A stretch of DNA of 64,000 nt from an uncultured Anaerolinea sp. (GTDB lineage Bacteria; Chloroflexota; Anaerolineae; Anaerolineales; Anaerolineaceae): positions 33,264 through 97,263 of the forward strand of contig CAYVRT010000012.1 in NCBI GenBank assembly GCA_964453115.1, given 5' to 3'. The notes under the pieces were generated by a model. The model saw nothing but the letters and a program-made list of their open reading frames with translations. It was not told the DNA's origin and made no database searches. The position numbers and the translations under genes were made by a program. Of the stretch, positions 49,227 through 58,341 are shown in pieces (the first letter of the stretch is position 1; every line of letters starts with the position of its first letter).

Positions 49227-50402
49227 ATGTCCTATAGCCTGTATATACATATTCCATTTTGTCGGCGTCGGTGTGGGTACTGTGACTTTAATACGTATGC
49301 TGGACGAGAAGAGCTGCTTGAGGTTTATGTTGCTGCATTGTGCCGCGAGGTGCAGTGGGCGGCACAGGCTGCCGGGCAACGGTTGCCGGTTGGGACGGTG
49401 TATTTTGGCGGTGGAACGCCTTCTTTGTTAAACCCGGCGCAGGTGACGGCGGTTTTGCAGGCAATTGTAGCCGGCTTTGACCTGGATTGCGGGGCTGAGG
49501 TGACGCTGGAGGCCAACCCCGGCACGCTTTCACAGGCTGGGCTGGCAGGGTTGCGCAGTGCCGGTGTGAACCGGCTCAGCCTGGGTATGCAGTCGGCAGA
49601 TGCTCAAGATTTGCGCATACTGGGCCGGCAGCATGAGACTGGGCAGGTGTTGGCAGGGGTGCGCATGGCACGACGAGCGGGTTTTTCCTCGCTCAGCCTG
49701 GATTTGATCTATGGCATTCCGGGGCAAACGCTGGAGCGTTGGCAGGCTGGGCTGGAATTGGCGCTGGGGATGGGGGTTGAACATTTGTCGCTCTATGCAC
49801 TGACGGTTGAGGACGAGACGCCGCTGGCGCACTGGTTGAGGCGCGGGTTGCTGCTTTCACCGGATGATGACCTGGCAGCCGATATGGCAGAGTGGGCCAG
49901 GAATCGGTTGGCGGAAGCTGGTTTTGAACACTATGAGGTTTCAAACTGGGCGCTCGGGCCGCAGTTTCGCAGCCGGCACAATTTGCAATACTGGCACAAC
50001 GCACCGTATTTGGGCCTGGGAGCAGGGGCGCATGGTTGGGCGGCTGGCTATCGCACGGTGAACGAGTTGACGATTGAGGCCTATCTAGCGCGTATGGGGC
50101 AAACACAGGCTGGGGAATTTCCATTCGGGCCGGCAAATGCCGTTCGGCAGTTGGTGGACCGCCAAACCGAGATGCAGGAAACGATGATGGTGGGGTTGCG
50201 GTTAATTCAGGATGGTGTGTCAGAGCAGGGGTTTGAGCAGCGCTTTGGGATGCCGCTGATGATGGCCTTTGGTGAGCCGATTGAGCGCCTGACTCGTCAG
50301 GGGCTGCTGGAATGGGCTGGGGCGATCGAAGACCGGCACCTACGGCTGACACCGCGTGCCTGGTTGATTGCAAACCGGGTGTTTGCAGAATTTGTCGCCT
50401 AG
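49227..50402 (+). CDS. hemW: radical SAM heme chaperone HemW (HemN-like)
   Basis: The ATG at 49227 gives LYIHIPFCRRRCGYCDF (CxxxCxxC) and a GGGTPS motif. The tracked ORF is extended 82 codons upstream. Confidence 0.85.
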   Translation: MSYSLYIHIPFCRRRCGYCDFNTYAGREELLEVYVAALCREVQWAAQAAGQRLPVGTVYFGGGTPSLLNPAQVTAVLQAIVAGFDLDCGAEVTLEANPGTLSQAGLAGLRSAGVNRLSLGMQSADAQDLRILGRQHETGQVLAGVRMARRAGFSSLSLDLIYGIPGQTLERWQAGLELALGMGVEHLSLYALTVEDETPLAHWLRRGLLLSPDDDLAADMAEWARNRLAEAGFEHYEVSNWALGPQFRSRHNLQYWHNAPYLGLGAGAHGWAAGYRTVNELTIEAYLARMGQTQAGEFPFGPANAVRQLVDRQTEMQETMMVGLRLIQDGVSEQGFEQRFGMPLMMAFGEPIERLTRQGLLEWAGAIEDRHLRLTPRAWLIANRVFAEFVA

Positions 50403-51442
50403 GCGACAGTGACCAGCGTGCCGAACCCGATATTATTGGCCTTATCGGGGTTGACGATGGGGGTTGTCCAGCGGTAGAGCCAGAGGGCATCTTCGTTACA
50501 TAAATTGACGCAGCCATGGCTCATCGGCACGCCGTAATTGGTGTGCCAGTAGGTGCCGTGCAGAGCGACGCCAGTTTTGGGCTCAAAAAAGGAAACCCAG
50601 GGCACACCTGGTAGTTCATAGGCTTCGGGATCGGCGGTGACATTGCCGTCGCCCATGTGTTTGGATGGCACTTTGGAGGCAATGCGGAATTCTCCGCGCG
50701 GGGTCTCGGTTGGGATGGCGCCGGGAGCAATGTTACGGTTGGGAACACCCGTTGCAACGCTGGCCTGCCTGACAATTTTCCCGTCCTCATAGGCGGTGAG
50801 AGTCTGCCGTGTCAGGGAAACATCAATCCGTTTGGCACCGGGCGGTACTTCAGGGGAGAGGGGGCTGATCTCTTCGGGAGCAATCAGGCGCAGGTGTTGG
50901 GCAGGGACGCAGTATTCAATTTTGAGCAATTCATCCTTTAATTTATACCAGGGTTCACCATCATGGCCTTCAATCAGCCCTGTTACCCAATGGATGGAAC
51001 TGTAGTATAGGCGGTAAATGGGCTGCCATTCGCGACGGTAAGGCATCCACATTGCCTGGGTTTGGGGAACTGTCACTTCGGCAATTTGTGGCTTGGTGAT
51101 TTGGGTTGCAACCGGGTTGAGGCGATAGTGAACGCGTTGCGTATTGCCGCTGTGAATGTAGCCGCCCCACACGCGGTACCAAAGCGGGTTGTAATAGGGC
51201 CCTTCCGGGGAGATTACTTCATCATAGATGTGGACGATTTCGTCTCGGTAGCGCTGGAAGAGGATGTCGCTTTTATCTGATGGTTTGCGGTAGACGCTGA
51301 CGCTGCTGATGGCAACCCGCACCAGGGGGACTCCATCCAGGTTGGGGCGAGGAAGTTGGGGTGAGGAGGCCAGGCTGCTTAGCGCAGCCAGACCCAGTGC
51401 GGCACGGCGCAGAAATTGACGACGAGAAATGCGACTGATCAT
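50399..51442 (-). CDS. L,D-transpeptidase (YkuD domain) with Tat-like signal
   Basis: SRRQFLRRAALGLAAL twin-arginine signal. The C-terminal HGTYWHTNYGVPMSHGCVNL is the catalytic motif. Confidence 0.85.
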   Translation of the reverse strand: MISRISRRQFLRRAALGLAALSSLASSPQLPRPNLDGVPLVRVAISSVSVYRKPSDKSDILFQRYRDEIVHIYDEVISPEGPYYNPLWYRVWGGYIHSGNTQRVHYRLNPVATQITKPQIAEVTVPQTQAMWMPYRREWQPIYRLYYSSIHWVTGLIEGHDGEPWYKLKDELLKIEYCVPAQHLRLIAPEEISPLSPEVPPGAKRIDVSLTRQTLTAYEDGKIVRQASVATGVPNRNIAPGAIPTETPRGEFRIASKVPSKHMGDGNVTADPEAYELPGVPWVSFFEPKTGVALHGTYWHTNYGVPMSHGCVNLCNEDALWLYRWTTPIVNPDKANNIGFGTLVTVA

Positions 51443-51498
51443 ATCTGGATTATATCATATGCGTCAAGGCCTGCTCAATACCAGGTGGGTGGTAGGGA

Positions 51499-51828
51499 CT
51501 AAGCCCGGGGGCGGCGGGGGCGTTTGGGGGCTGGCGGCGGGGTTGCAGCCTCAAGCAGGCCAATGATGCGATGACTGAACTCCTGGTTTTCAATATCCAG
51601 GATGTAGTGCGGTTTTGCGCCGGGGTAGGGGGAACCGGTTTCGGCGTTTTGCATTTCTTGCTCAAGGCAGGCAAGCATTTTGATGTATACGGTGTTATCA
51701 CAAACCAGGAGCAGGGGTTTGCCGTTGACATAGACCATGTATTCGCCAAACATTTTCTTGTGGGTGATGGTGCCGATGCCGGCAATTTGTTCACAAACAA
51801 ATTGAATGAAGTCGAGACTGCTGGACAT
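51499..51828 (-). CDS. TfoX N-terminal-domain protein
   Basis: 109 aa with KKMFGEYMVYVNGKPLLLVCDNTVYIK, the TfoX_N pattern. Confidence 0.7.
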   Translation of the reverse strand: MSSSLDFIQFVCEQIAGIGTITHKKMFGEYMVYVNGKPLLLVCDNTVYIKMLACLEQEMQNAETGSPYPGAKPHYILDIENQEFSHRIIGLLEAATPPPAPKRPRRPRA

Positions 51829-51909
51829 GAGAAACTCCGGTTACAGGCGTGTGGATAAAGCCGATTGCTGGTAGTATATCATGTTTCTACTGAGCAGGAG
51901 GATGGCTGC

Positions 51910-53124
51910 TTAGCTGTTAGCAGCCTGTGCTTGCTGGGCGGTGCGCATGGCGAGCAGATAGGCCCCAAGCAACACGGCATATAGGCCAAACAGGATAATT
52001 GGTACCATCTCAAGCGAAATTTGACGAGCCAGCACGCCCATCAGACTGGGGATGAGGGCCGCGCCAAGGCCGGTTGCAGCCATTTGCATTCCAATTGTGT
52101 TGGCAGCATAGGATTCGCCGACTCGAATCCGTGTGCCAGACATCATGGCGGGGAAGATGGGGGCGATGGATATGCCAATTAGTCCTACTGCAATCACGTT
52201 TGCCAGTTCGAAAGGGTTCCAGATGAGAAGGCCTGCGCCTAGCAATGCTCCGGACAGGCCGGCCAGTATGAGCTTGTTCACGCCCGTGCGGTTGGCAATC
52301 AGGCCGGCCAGGATGCGTCCAACGGTGAACATGAACCAGTAGCTTCCGGCGAAGAAACCTGCCAGGGTTGGGTCTACATGGCGTGATTCGGTGAGCAAGC
52401 TATACACCCAGGTGCCCAGGGAGCTTTCGCCGCCGACATACAGAAAAAAAAGAATGATGCTTAGCCAAACTTGTGGCTGCCGCAGCGTTTGCCCGAGAGG
52501 GGTTTTATAATCGGTCAGTTTTTTCTCTGACTGTGCGGCCTTGGCGGGTGGTTGATTGCGACTCCACATTGAGAGCGTGAGAACGAAGCAGATGGCTAAT
52601 GCTAGCTGAAAAAATCCTACCGTTCGATACCCGAAGTGCCAGGAGTTGAAGGTAGATAGCCCCAGGGTCATGATGACTGGGCCGAGGGTGATGCCAATGC
52701 CGTAACTGGCGTGCAGCCATTGCATCAGCCCTTCTCCAAAATGGGCTGCGACATAAGTATTCAGGCCGGCATCAATTGCGCCAGCGCCCATGCCACCAAA
52801 CACGCCAAGAAAAACCATCATCCACCAGATTGGCACCAGGGTATAACCGATCAGGGCCAGACCGGTGAGCAAGCAACTGACTGCAAGCAGCCGCCCTACG
52901 CCAAGTCGTGAGAGCAGGAAACCGGTCAGGAAACTGGAGGTCATGTAACCGGTTACGGATGCTGCCAGCAACATGCCAATGGCATCGAGCGGGATGGAGA
53001 AGTCGGTTCGGATGGAGGGCCAGCCGACACCCAACAAACCATCGGGTAGTCCGAGGGCGATAAAGGCAATAAATGCCAGAAGGATCAGACCTGATTTGGG
53101 GGAAGATATGAGTTTTGGGGGCAT
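51910..53124 (-). CDS. MFS transporter
   Basis: The ATG at 53124 gives 12 predicted TM segments and an MFS-like loop motif (LSRLGVGRLL). The tracked ORF's extra 75 codons read through the duplicated tRNA-flank repeat and are rejected. Confidence 0.8.
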   Translation of the reverse strand: MPPKLISSPKSGLILLAFIAFIALGLPDGLLGVGWPSIRTDFSIPLDAIGMLLAASVTGYMTSSFLTGFLLSRLGVGRLLAVSCLLTGLALIGYTLVPIWWMMVFLGVFGGMGAGAIDAGLNTYVAAHFGEGLMQWLHASYGIGITLGPVIMTLGLSTFNSWHFGYRTVGFFQLALAICFVLTLSMWSRNQPPAKAAQSEKKLTDYKTPLGQTLRQPQVWLSIILFFLYVGGESSLGTWVYSLLTESRHVDPTLAGFFAGSYWFMFTVGRILAGLIANRTGVNKLILAGLSGALLGAGLLIWNPFELANVIAVGLIGISIAPIFPAMMSGTRIRVGESYAANTIGMQMAATGLGAALIPSLMGVLARQISLEMVPIILFGLYAVLLGAYLLAMRTAQQAQAANS

Positions 53125-53153
53125 GGTGATGGGAGCAAAAAGGGGGATTTTAA

Positions 53154-53270
53154 GGGAGCAACGACCTTGCCCTTCAGTGGGACTGAAAATGTGAGACCAT
53201 CCAAGATTGAGTAACAAAAACCATCGCTTTGAACGATGGTTCTCGATACAGTCGGGGCGAGAGGATTTGA
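53154..53270. repeat. direct repeat copy 1 (117 bp, identical to 53286-53402)
   Basis: Base-by-base comparison shows 117/117 identity at an offset of 132 nt. It contains a copy of the last 19 nt of tRNA-Pro plus its terminator hairpin and 60 further nt. Confidence 0.95.
53213..53241 (-). terminator. duplicated copy of the tRNA-Pro terminator hairpin
   Basis: Same sequence as 53345-53373: AACCATCG-TTCAAAG-CGATGGTT followed by TTTGTT on the minus strand. Confidence 0.6.
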
Positions 53271-53285
53271 TAGCACCCCTCGATG

Positions 53286-53458
<173 letters not shown>

Positions 53459-53462
53459 ATTG

Positions 53463-53487
53463 ATTATATTGAACGCCGGTTATTATA
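53463..53487 (-). promoter_or_regulatory. two TATAAT-like boxes upstream of tRNA-Pro
   Basis: The reverse complement shows TATAAT at 53482-53487 and at 53463-53468. No convincing -35, so this is tentative. Confidence 0.3.
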
Positions 53488-53519
53488 CCGCGTTTTCAAA
53501 ATTTGGGGAGGGTTTTCCC

Positions 53520-54269
53520 TTAAGTTTCAGGAACATGCCCGAGCGCGTAAAACGTGGGAATATAGAGCAATCGTTCGCCGCGCGCTCGCGCCTCTTGTTC
53601 TGTTTGTTGTAAGGCGTCCAACTCTTGCGCTGAGCAAAGGGTTTGCAAATCTTCGCGCAGCACAAGCCATTCCAATTCATCGGTTGAGGGCATGGATTGG
53701 TGATCCCAAAAACCGCCCAGCACACCGCTTTGCACCTTTTGCAGCCCGGCCTGCTGAAACAGGCTGCCCAGACTGCGACCGATGCATGGCTGCGCACCTT
53801 GCTGCCGGAGTGCCTCGGTTTGTAACTGTCCCAGGCTTGAAAGGCTGGGTGGGTAATCAATCCGTCCACCATAGTCGGGTTCTGCCAGGGCAAGGATCAT
53901 TCCGCCTGGGACGGTGACGCGGCGCATTTCGCGCAGTGCGGCGAGCGGGTTTGGTAGCCAAAGGAGCAGAAAATGACAAAAGCTCAGGTTGAATGCGGCG
54001 CTGGCAAAAGGCAGGTTGCATGCATCGCCGGCGGTGAATGCAGCGCGGGGGATGACTTGCCGGGCAAAGTGCAGGGCCATCAGGTCATGATCCAGGCCAC
54101 AGGTCAGCGGATTGGTAGAGACTTCACCAAGCAGCGCACCGGTTCCGCAGCCAAGGTCGAGAACGCGGCGGGCAGTTTCAAGCTGTGCTTGCGCAAACAG
54201 GTGCTGGCGCAAGGTCTGTGTCCAGCGAGCTTGCTGCTGATAGCGAGCGTGCCAGTCTTTCAGGTTCAC
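53520..54269 (-). CDS. class I SAM-dependent methyltransferase (operon gene F)
   Basis: VLDLGCGTG motif I and a downstream acidic/aromatic motif pattern. The GTG start forms a GTGA overlap with the stop of gene E. Confidence 0.8.
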   Translation of the reverse strand: MNLKDWHARYQQQARWTQTLRQHLFAQAQLETARRVLDLGCGTGALLGEVSTNPLTCGLDHDLMALHFARQVIPRAAFTAGDACNLPFASAAFNLSFCHFLLLWLPNPLAALREMRRVTVPGGMILALAEPDYGGRIDYPPSLSSLGQLQTEALRQQGAQPCIGRSLGSLFQQAGLQKVQSGVLGGFWDHQSMPSTDELEWLVLREDLQTLCSAQELDALQQTEQEARARGERLLYIPTFYALGHVPET

Positions 54270-55435
54270 AGCCGGGTGCGGGCTTTTTCCCAGATTGTGT
54301 TCCAGTCGTCATTGAGCAGGTTGCCAAGGACGTGTTCGAAGCCTTGACCAGGCAGCACATCGCCATCTGGCTCGACATACAACCAGGCGCGTCCGGCACC
54401 TTCAATCGGCGTTTCACCCTCGGACAGCTCCAGGCTGAGTGGGTGGAAACTGGAATAGGGGACAGGTAAATCCCAGGTCAGTGAAAGGCCGAGCAGGAAA
54501 GCCAGATCCCGCAAGGTGTTAAGCGCCGGGCGCAGCTCAGCGCTGTTGGCACTGAGCGAGAGCGAATGGACGCCCATCTGATGCAGCTTGCGGATCAGAT
54601 CTTCGACGCTGCTCTGGTTATTTGGGGTGAGGGTGATGTGAACGGTGATGAAGAGATCCTGAGCCAGGACATCGCGCAGGGCCTCCCATGAGATTTCAGA
54701 AGCGGGGTCGAGGATCAGCATCAGGTGATCGAGGCCGCTTTGCAAGACTTGTTGCAAATAGTTTGGCTCGCAAAGCCGCTGTCCATCGCTGAGTAGGCCG
54801 GTTACCTGTCCGAGTTGTTCGGCGTGAGCAATCAGTTCGGGCAGGTCAGGGCGCAGGGTTGGCTCACCGCCAGTGAAGATGATATGCGGAATGCCGGCCT
54901 GCCAGGATTTGCTGAGGATGGTTCTCCATTCTTCAGTTAGCAGTTCTCGCGTAACCCGGGTGGTGGGTGCCAGGTCGGGGGCAAGGCCTTCGCTCAGGCG
55001 ATAGGTGAGGGCACAATCCAGGCGGTAGGGGGCGGTCAGGGCGCGGGCATAGGGATCAACACGTTCGAAGCCGAGGAAGGTTTCGGGGTCGAGGTCGGGG
55101 GTTTCTATCAGTGTGTGCAAACGTTCTTGAAAATCGTTGAAATCGTTGGCGGCCTGGGCGCGTGAGACGCGGTAGCGCTGTGAGACCAGGTGTGCGACCT
55201 TCTCGGCAGGGGTTTGCTGAATTAGATGATAGGCATATTCGGCGGCGGTTTCGTTCAGGTGTAGAACGGTGCTGGCGTTCAGAATCAGCAGGGCATCGCT
55301 GCTTGCATCCACGCGCAAGTGCAAACGGTAGGGCGGTTGTACCTCAGGGGGGGATTGATAGGTGTAGATGCCGGGGGCCAGACGGGTTGGATGGCCAAAG
55401 AGGCGATCGAGCAAGGTGCTGAAGGCGCGTTTCAT
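54266..55435 (-). CDS. PqqD-like domain + degenerate radical-SAM/SPASM paralogue lacking all Fe-S cysteines (operon gene E)
   Basis: 389 aa, collinear with gene C (LAPGIYTY, RLHLRVDASSDALLILNASTVLHLNETAAEY, GIPHIIFTGGEPTLRPDLPELIAHAEQLGQVTGL, YVEPDGDVLPGQG). The CxxxCxxC position reads YRLSEGLAPD (54974-54997) and no SPASM Cys remain. GGAGG RBS before the ATG at 55435. Confidence 0.8.
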   Translation of the reverse strand: MKRAFSTLLDRLFGHPTRLAPGIYTYQSPPEVQPPYRLHLRVDASSDALLILNASTVLHLNETAAEYAYHLIQQTPAEKVAHLVSQRYRVSRAQAANDFNDFQERLHTLIETPDLDPETFLGFERVDPYARALTAPYRLDCALTYRLSEGLAPDLAPTTRVTRELLTEEWRTILSKSWQAGIPHIIFTGGEPTLRPDLPELIAHAEQLGQVTGLLSDGQRLCEPNYLQQVLQSGLDHLMLILDPASEISWEALRDVLAQDLFITVHITLTPNNQSSVEDLIRKLHQMGVHSLSLSANSAELRPALNTLRDLAFLLGLSLTWDLPVPYSSFHPLSLELSEGETPIEGAGRAWLYVEPDGDVLPGQGFEHVLGNLLNDDWNTIWEKARTRL

Positions 55436-55445
55436 GGTAGACCTC

Positions 55446-56990
55446 CTAGGGAGTAGGAACAGTTGGGAAAAGGAATTGATTGAATAGAATGGCAAGCAAG
55501 CAGACGATGGAGAGGAGAATGACGCTGATGATGATGGCAACAGTTAGCCATTTTGAGGATGTGGAGGGTTTTTCGGGTTGGGCAGAAACCGTGAGGGCGT
55601 CGAATTCTTCTGGTTTTCCAATCAGTCGGTGGCGGCGGAAGAAAAGAATGAAGAGCAGGTAAGGCAGGCCAAAGAGAAAAACGCTCAGAGCAAAGAGCAG
55701 GTTGACAGCAGTTTGCAACTCGCGGTTGAGCAGGCCGGTGAGGGCATCGCGCTGATTGATGGAAATGAGGGTGACGCCAAGGACGGATAGCACGAGGCCA
55801 AAGCCGAGTAAAATGCGGCTGCTGCGCGGCGCCAGTTTGCCATCTTTTTCGGAAAGGCGCACGCCCAGGCTGAGGGTGCTATGGGCAATCAGTGCTGCAA
55901 AGACGAGCAGCGAAGGGCCAAGGCCGATTTGTTCGGTTGTAAACTCGAGCGGGTCGTAGATGTTGGTGCCGCCCAGGGCCAGCACCAGACCCAGTGTGAA
56001 GGCCGGTGAGGCAATGCTGACCGCCAGCCAGGTGGCAGCGTTGCGGGCATTCCAACGCCGGGCAATGAGCAGAATGGCAGCAACAATCAGCACCGGGAGC
56101 GAGAAGAAGAAGTCGAGCCCAACGGTCATGGTCAATGGGCCAGGTTCGGGCAATTCACCGCCACCCGCTTTGAGGATGTCGTTCATGGCGAGGATCAGGG
56201 CCAGGGTGGGGCGGGTGATGATCAGAAAGGCAGATAATGCCTTGAGAACATCATCGCCGAAGCGCTTGCGAACCAGGTTGATAAAACGTTTGCCAAGGTC
56301 TACGGCGGCATCTACAACGGCCAGGCCGGAAGCCAGCCAGAGTGGGATGAGCAGGAAGGAGATGAGGGCAAAGATGCCGCTCAGGTTGGAGGCGAGTTGG
56401 GACAGGCTGCCACTGCTGAGGGCATAGAGCAGGAAGAAAAGGCCGGTGATACCGAGCCAGATGAGGAATTCGCCAATTTGGAAGTTCTTCCAGAAAGGTT
56501 TTTTATAGGTGAAGAGGTGTGTGGTTGTGCTGCCAATCCATAGCAGCGGGGCGGTGCAACACCAGGCCAACATGGCTGCGTTTTGTTCAAGAGGCATAAC
56601 ACAGAGCAGTTGTGCGCCGAATAGTAGAACGATGGGAATGAACAGAACCGGGTGACCATCTGTGGCGCCGGTGAGCAGGAAGGCCCAACTGAGCGCCATT
56701 GCCAGCAAGCCGGCAATGAGTGCAAGGATGGGGATTTGTTGCAAGGTGGGCGAATCGCCGGGCGGGGTGAAGACAATTTGTGAGATGTTGTGCTGGAAAA
56801 TTTCGGTGATGAAGACCGAAGAGAGCAGGATGGCAACCGAGGTGTAGCCGATGATGCTGAGGATGCGAATCTGCCGCGGAAATTCTTTGAGGTTGTGAAA
56901 GGCTTCCTCAAATGGAATCAGGTAGAAGTAGTAGGCAAACCGCCAGATGAGGTTGCCAATGAAACGAAGGGAGGTGAAAAGACGGTTCAT
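55446..56990 (-). CDS. polytopic integral membrane protein of unknown function (operon gene D)
   Basis: 514 aa from the ATG at 56990 (ATGA overlap with the gene C stop). About 12 or more hydrophobic segments. No motif I recognise. Confidence 0.7.
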   Translation of the reverse strand: MNRLFTSLRFIGNLIWRFAYYFYLIPFEEAFHNLKEFPRQIRILSIIGYTSVAILLSSVFITEIFQHNISQIVFTPPGDSPTLQQIPILALIAGLLAMALSWAFLLTGATDGHPVLFIPIVLLFGAQLLCVMPLEQNAAMLAWCCTAPLLWIGSTTTHLFTYKKPFWKNFQIGEFLIWLGITGLFFLLYALSSGSLSQLASNLSGIFALISFLLIPLWLASGLAVVDAAVDLGKRFINLVRKRFGDDVLKALSAFLIITRPTLALILAMNDILKAGGGELPEPGPLTMTVGLDFFFSLPVLIVAAILLIARRWNARNAATWLAVSIASPAFTLGLVLALGGTNIYDPLEFTTEQIGLGPSLLVFAALIAHSTLSLGVRLSEKDGKLAPRSSRILLGFGLVLSVLGVTLISINQRDALTGLLNRELQTAVNLLFALSVFLFGLPYLLFILFFRRHRLIGKPEEFDALTVSAQPEKPSTSSKWLTVAIIISVILLSIVCLLAILFNQFLFPTVPTP

Positions 56991-58339
56991 GGGTGGGGTG
57001 GGAGATGATTTCGTTCGAGGGGGCAGCCGCCGCCGCATTCAGGCAGCAGGCCGCAGGTTTGACATTCGGCTGGCAGGTTGCGCCGTTCGCGCAGGCTCAA
57101 TGCCAACTCGTGATTCCAGATGGCTTCCCAGGGTGTTTCGAGAATGTTGCCCAGGCTGGTGTAATAGGACTGACAGGGCAAGACGCTGCCGTCGGATTCA
57201 ATGCACATATTGTAGAGCGCAGCAGTGCAGCCTTTGACGCCCAAATCCATCTGGACGGGGTCAAAGTGGCAGTATTGGGTTGGTGTGTACCAGATCAGTC
57301 GCTGCCCTTGCTGCTCGGTGAGGGTACGGGCCATTTCCAGCAGGGCGGGCAAATCGCCGGCAGGTAATCCGCTGCCAACGCGAGCGCCATGACCGGCGTA
57401 AATGAGCGCATTCAGACCAATGGTTGGCACGCCCAATTGACCGAGGAATTGCAGGGTTTGGAATAAGAAGCGGCTATTGCTTTGCAGCATGGTGGTGTTT
57501 GTCATAACGTATAGGCGGGAGGTGAGGGCGTTTCGGATGCCGGCAACGGTTTCTTGCCAGGCGCCGGGTGAGCGCACCATGCGATCATGAAGGATGGGGT
57601 CGTGCGATTCGAGTGTGATTTGCACGTGGTCCAGGCCGACATTGACCAGGCTTTGCAGGTAATTGGGGTCGCTCAGGCGACGGCCATTCGTGTTGAGGCC
57701 GGTGATTTGTCCGAGCTGTTCGGCGTAGGCGATCAACTCGGGCAGGTCGTCGCGCAGGGTGGGTTCGCCACCGGTGAAGACGATGTGCGGAATGCCAGTT
57801 TGCCAGAGCTTGTCGAGGATGCGTTTCCAGGTTTGGGTGGAGAGTTCGGGGTGGTTGCGCGGGCGATCATTGTAACAATGAGCGCAGGCATTATTGCAAC
57901 GATAGGTGATGGCCAGGTCCATGCGGTAGGGCGCGCTGGGGTGAGCAGAAAAAGGGGCGGTAGTTTCCAGATCCAGCTCGCAGACCGGGCAGGGGCCATC
58001 GGGGTCGAGCAGGGCTTCTAATTTGCTGCAAAAGTCTGCGTAATCCTGGCGGGCCTGGGTTGGTGTGACCTGATAATGGCGCACCAGGGCGTTTGTGGCT
58101 GTGCGTGGGGGAACTTGTTGTAGGATGAGGTGGGCCATGAAAGCTGCGCTGGGGTTGAGGTGCAGGAAACGGGCAGCATTGATGATCAGCAGGGCGCTGC
58201 CATCACTTTCCACGCGTAAATGCAGGCGGGCGCGTCCTTGCTGGCTGTGGCGCTCAAAAGAGTAGATCCCGGGTGCGAGGGCCTGCTGGGTGGGGCGGGG
58301 GCGCAAAGCACCCCGAAGCTGCTCAAGCCAAAATGGCAT
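56987..58339 (-). CDS. radical SAM / SPASM maturase with N-terminal PqqD-like (RRE) domain (operon gene C)
   Basis: 450 aa from the ATG at 58339. N-terminal LLIINAARFLHLNPSAAFMAHLILQQ...QVTPTQARQDYADFCSKLEALL resembles PqqD. CNNACAHC (57875-57898) is CxxxCxxC. GGEPTL SAM motif. C-terminal CIESDGSVLPC ... CQTCGLLPECGGGCP (57023-57229) fits the SPASM Cx2Cx5Cx3C pattern. Confidence 0.9.
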   Translation of the reverse strand: MPFWLEQLRGALRPRPTQQALAPGIYSFERHSQQGRARLHLRVESDGSALLIINAARFLHLNPSAAFMAHLILQQVPPRTATNALVRHYQVTPTQARQDYADFCSKLEALLDPDGPCPVCELDLETTAPFSAHPSAPYRMDLAITYRCNNACAHCYNDRPRNHPELSTQTWKRILDKLWQTGIPHIVFTGGEPTLRDDLPELIAYAEQLGQITGLNTNGRRLSDPNYLQSLVNVGLDHVQITLESHDPILHDRMVRSPGAWQETVAGIRNALTSRLYVMTNTTMLQSNSRFLFQTLQFLGQLGVPTIGLNALIYAGHGARVGSGLPAGDLPALLEMARTLTEQQGQRLIWYTPTQYCHFDPVQMDLGVKGCTAALYNMCIESDGSVLPCQSYYTSLGNILETPWEAIWNHELALSLRERRNLPAECQTCGLLPECGGGCPLERNHLPPHP

Positions 58340-58341
58340 GG

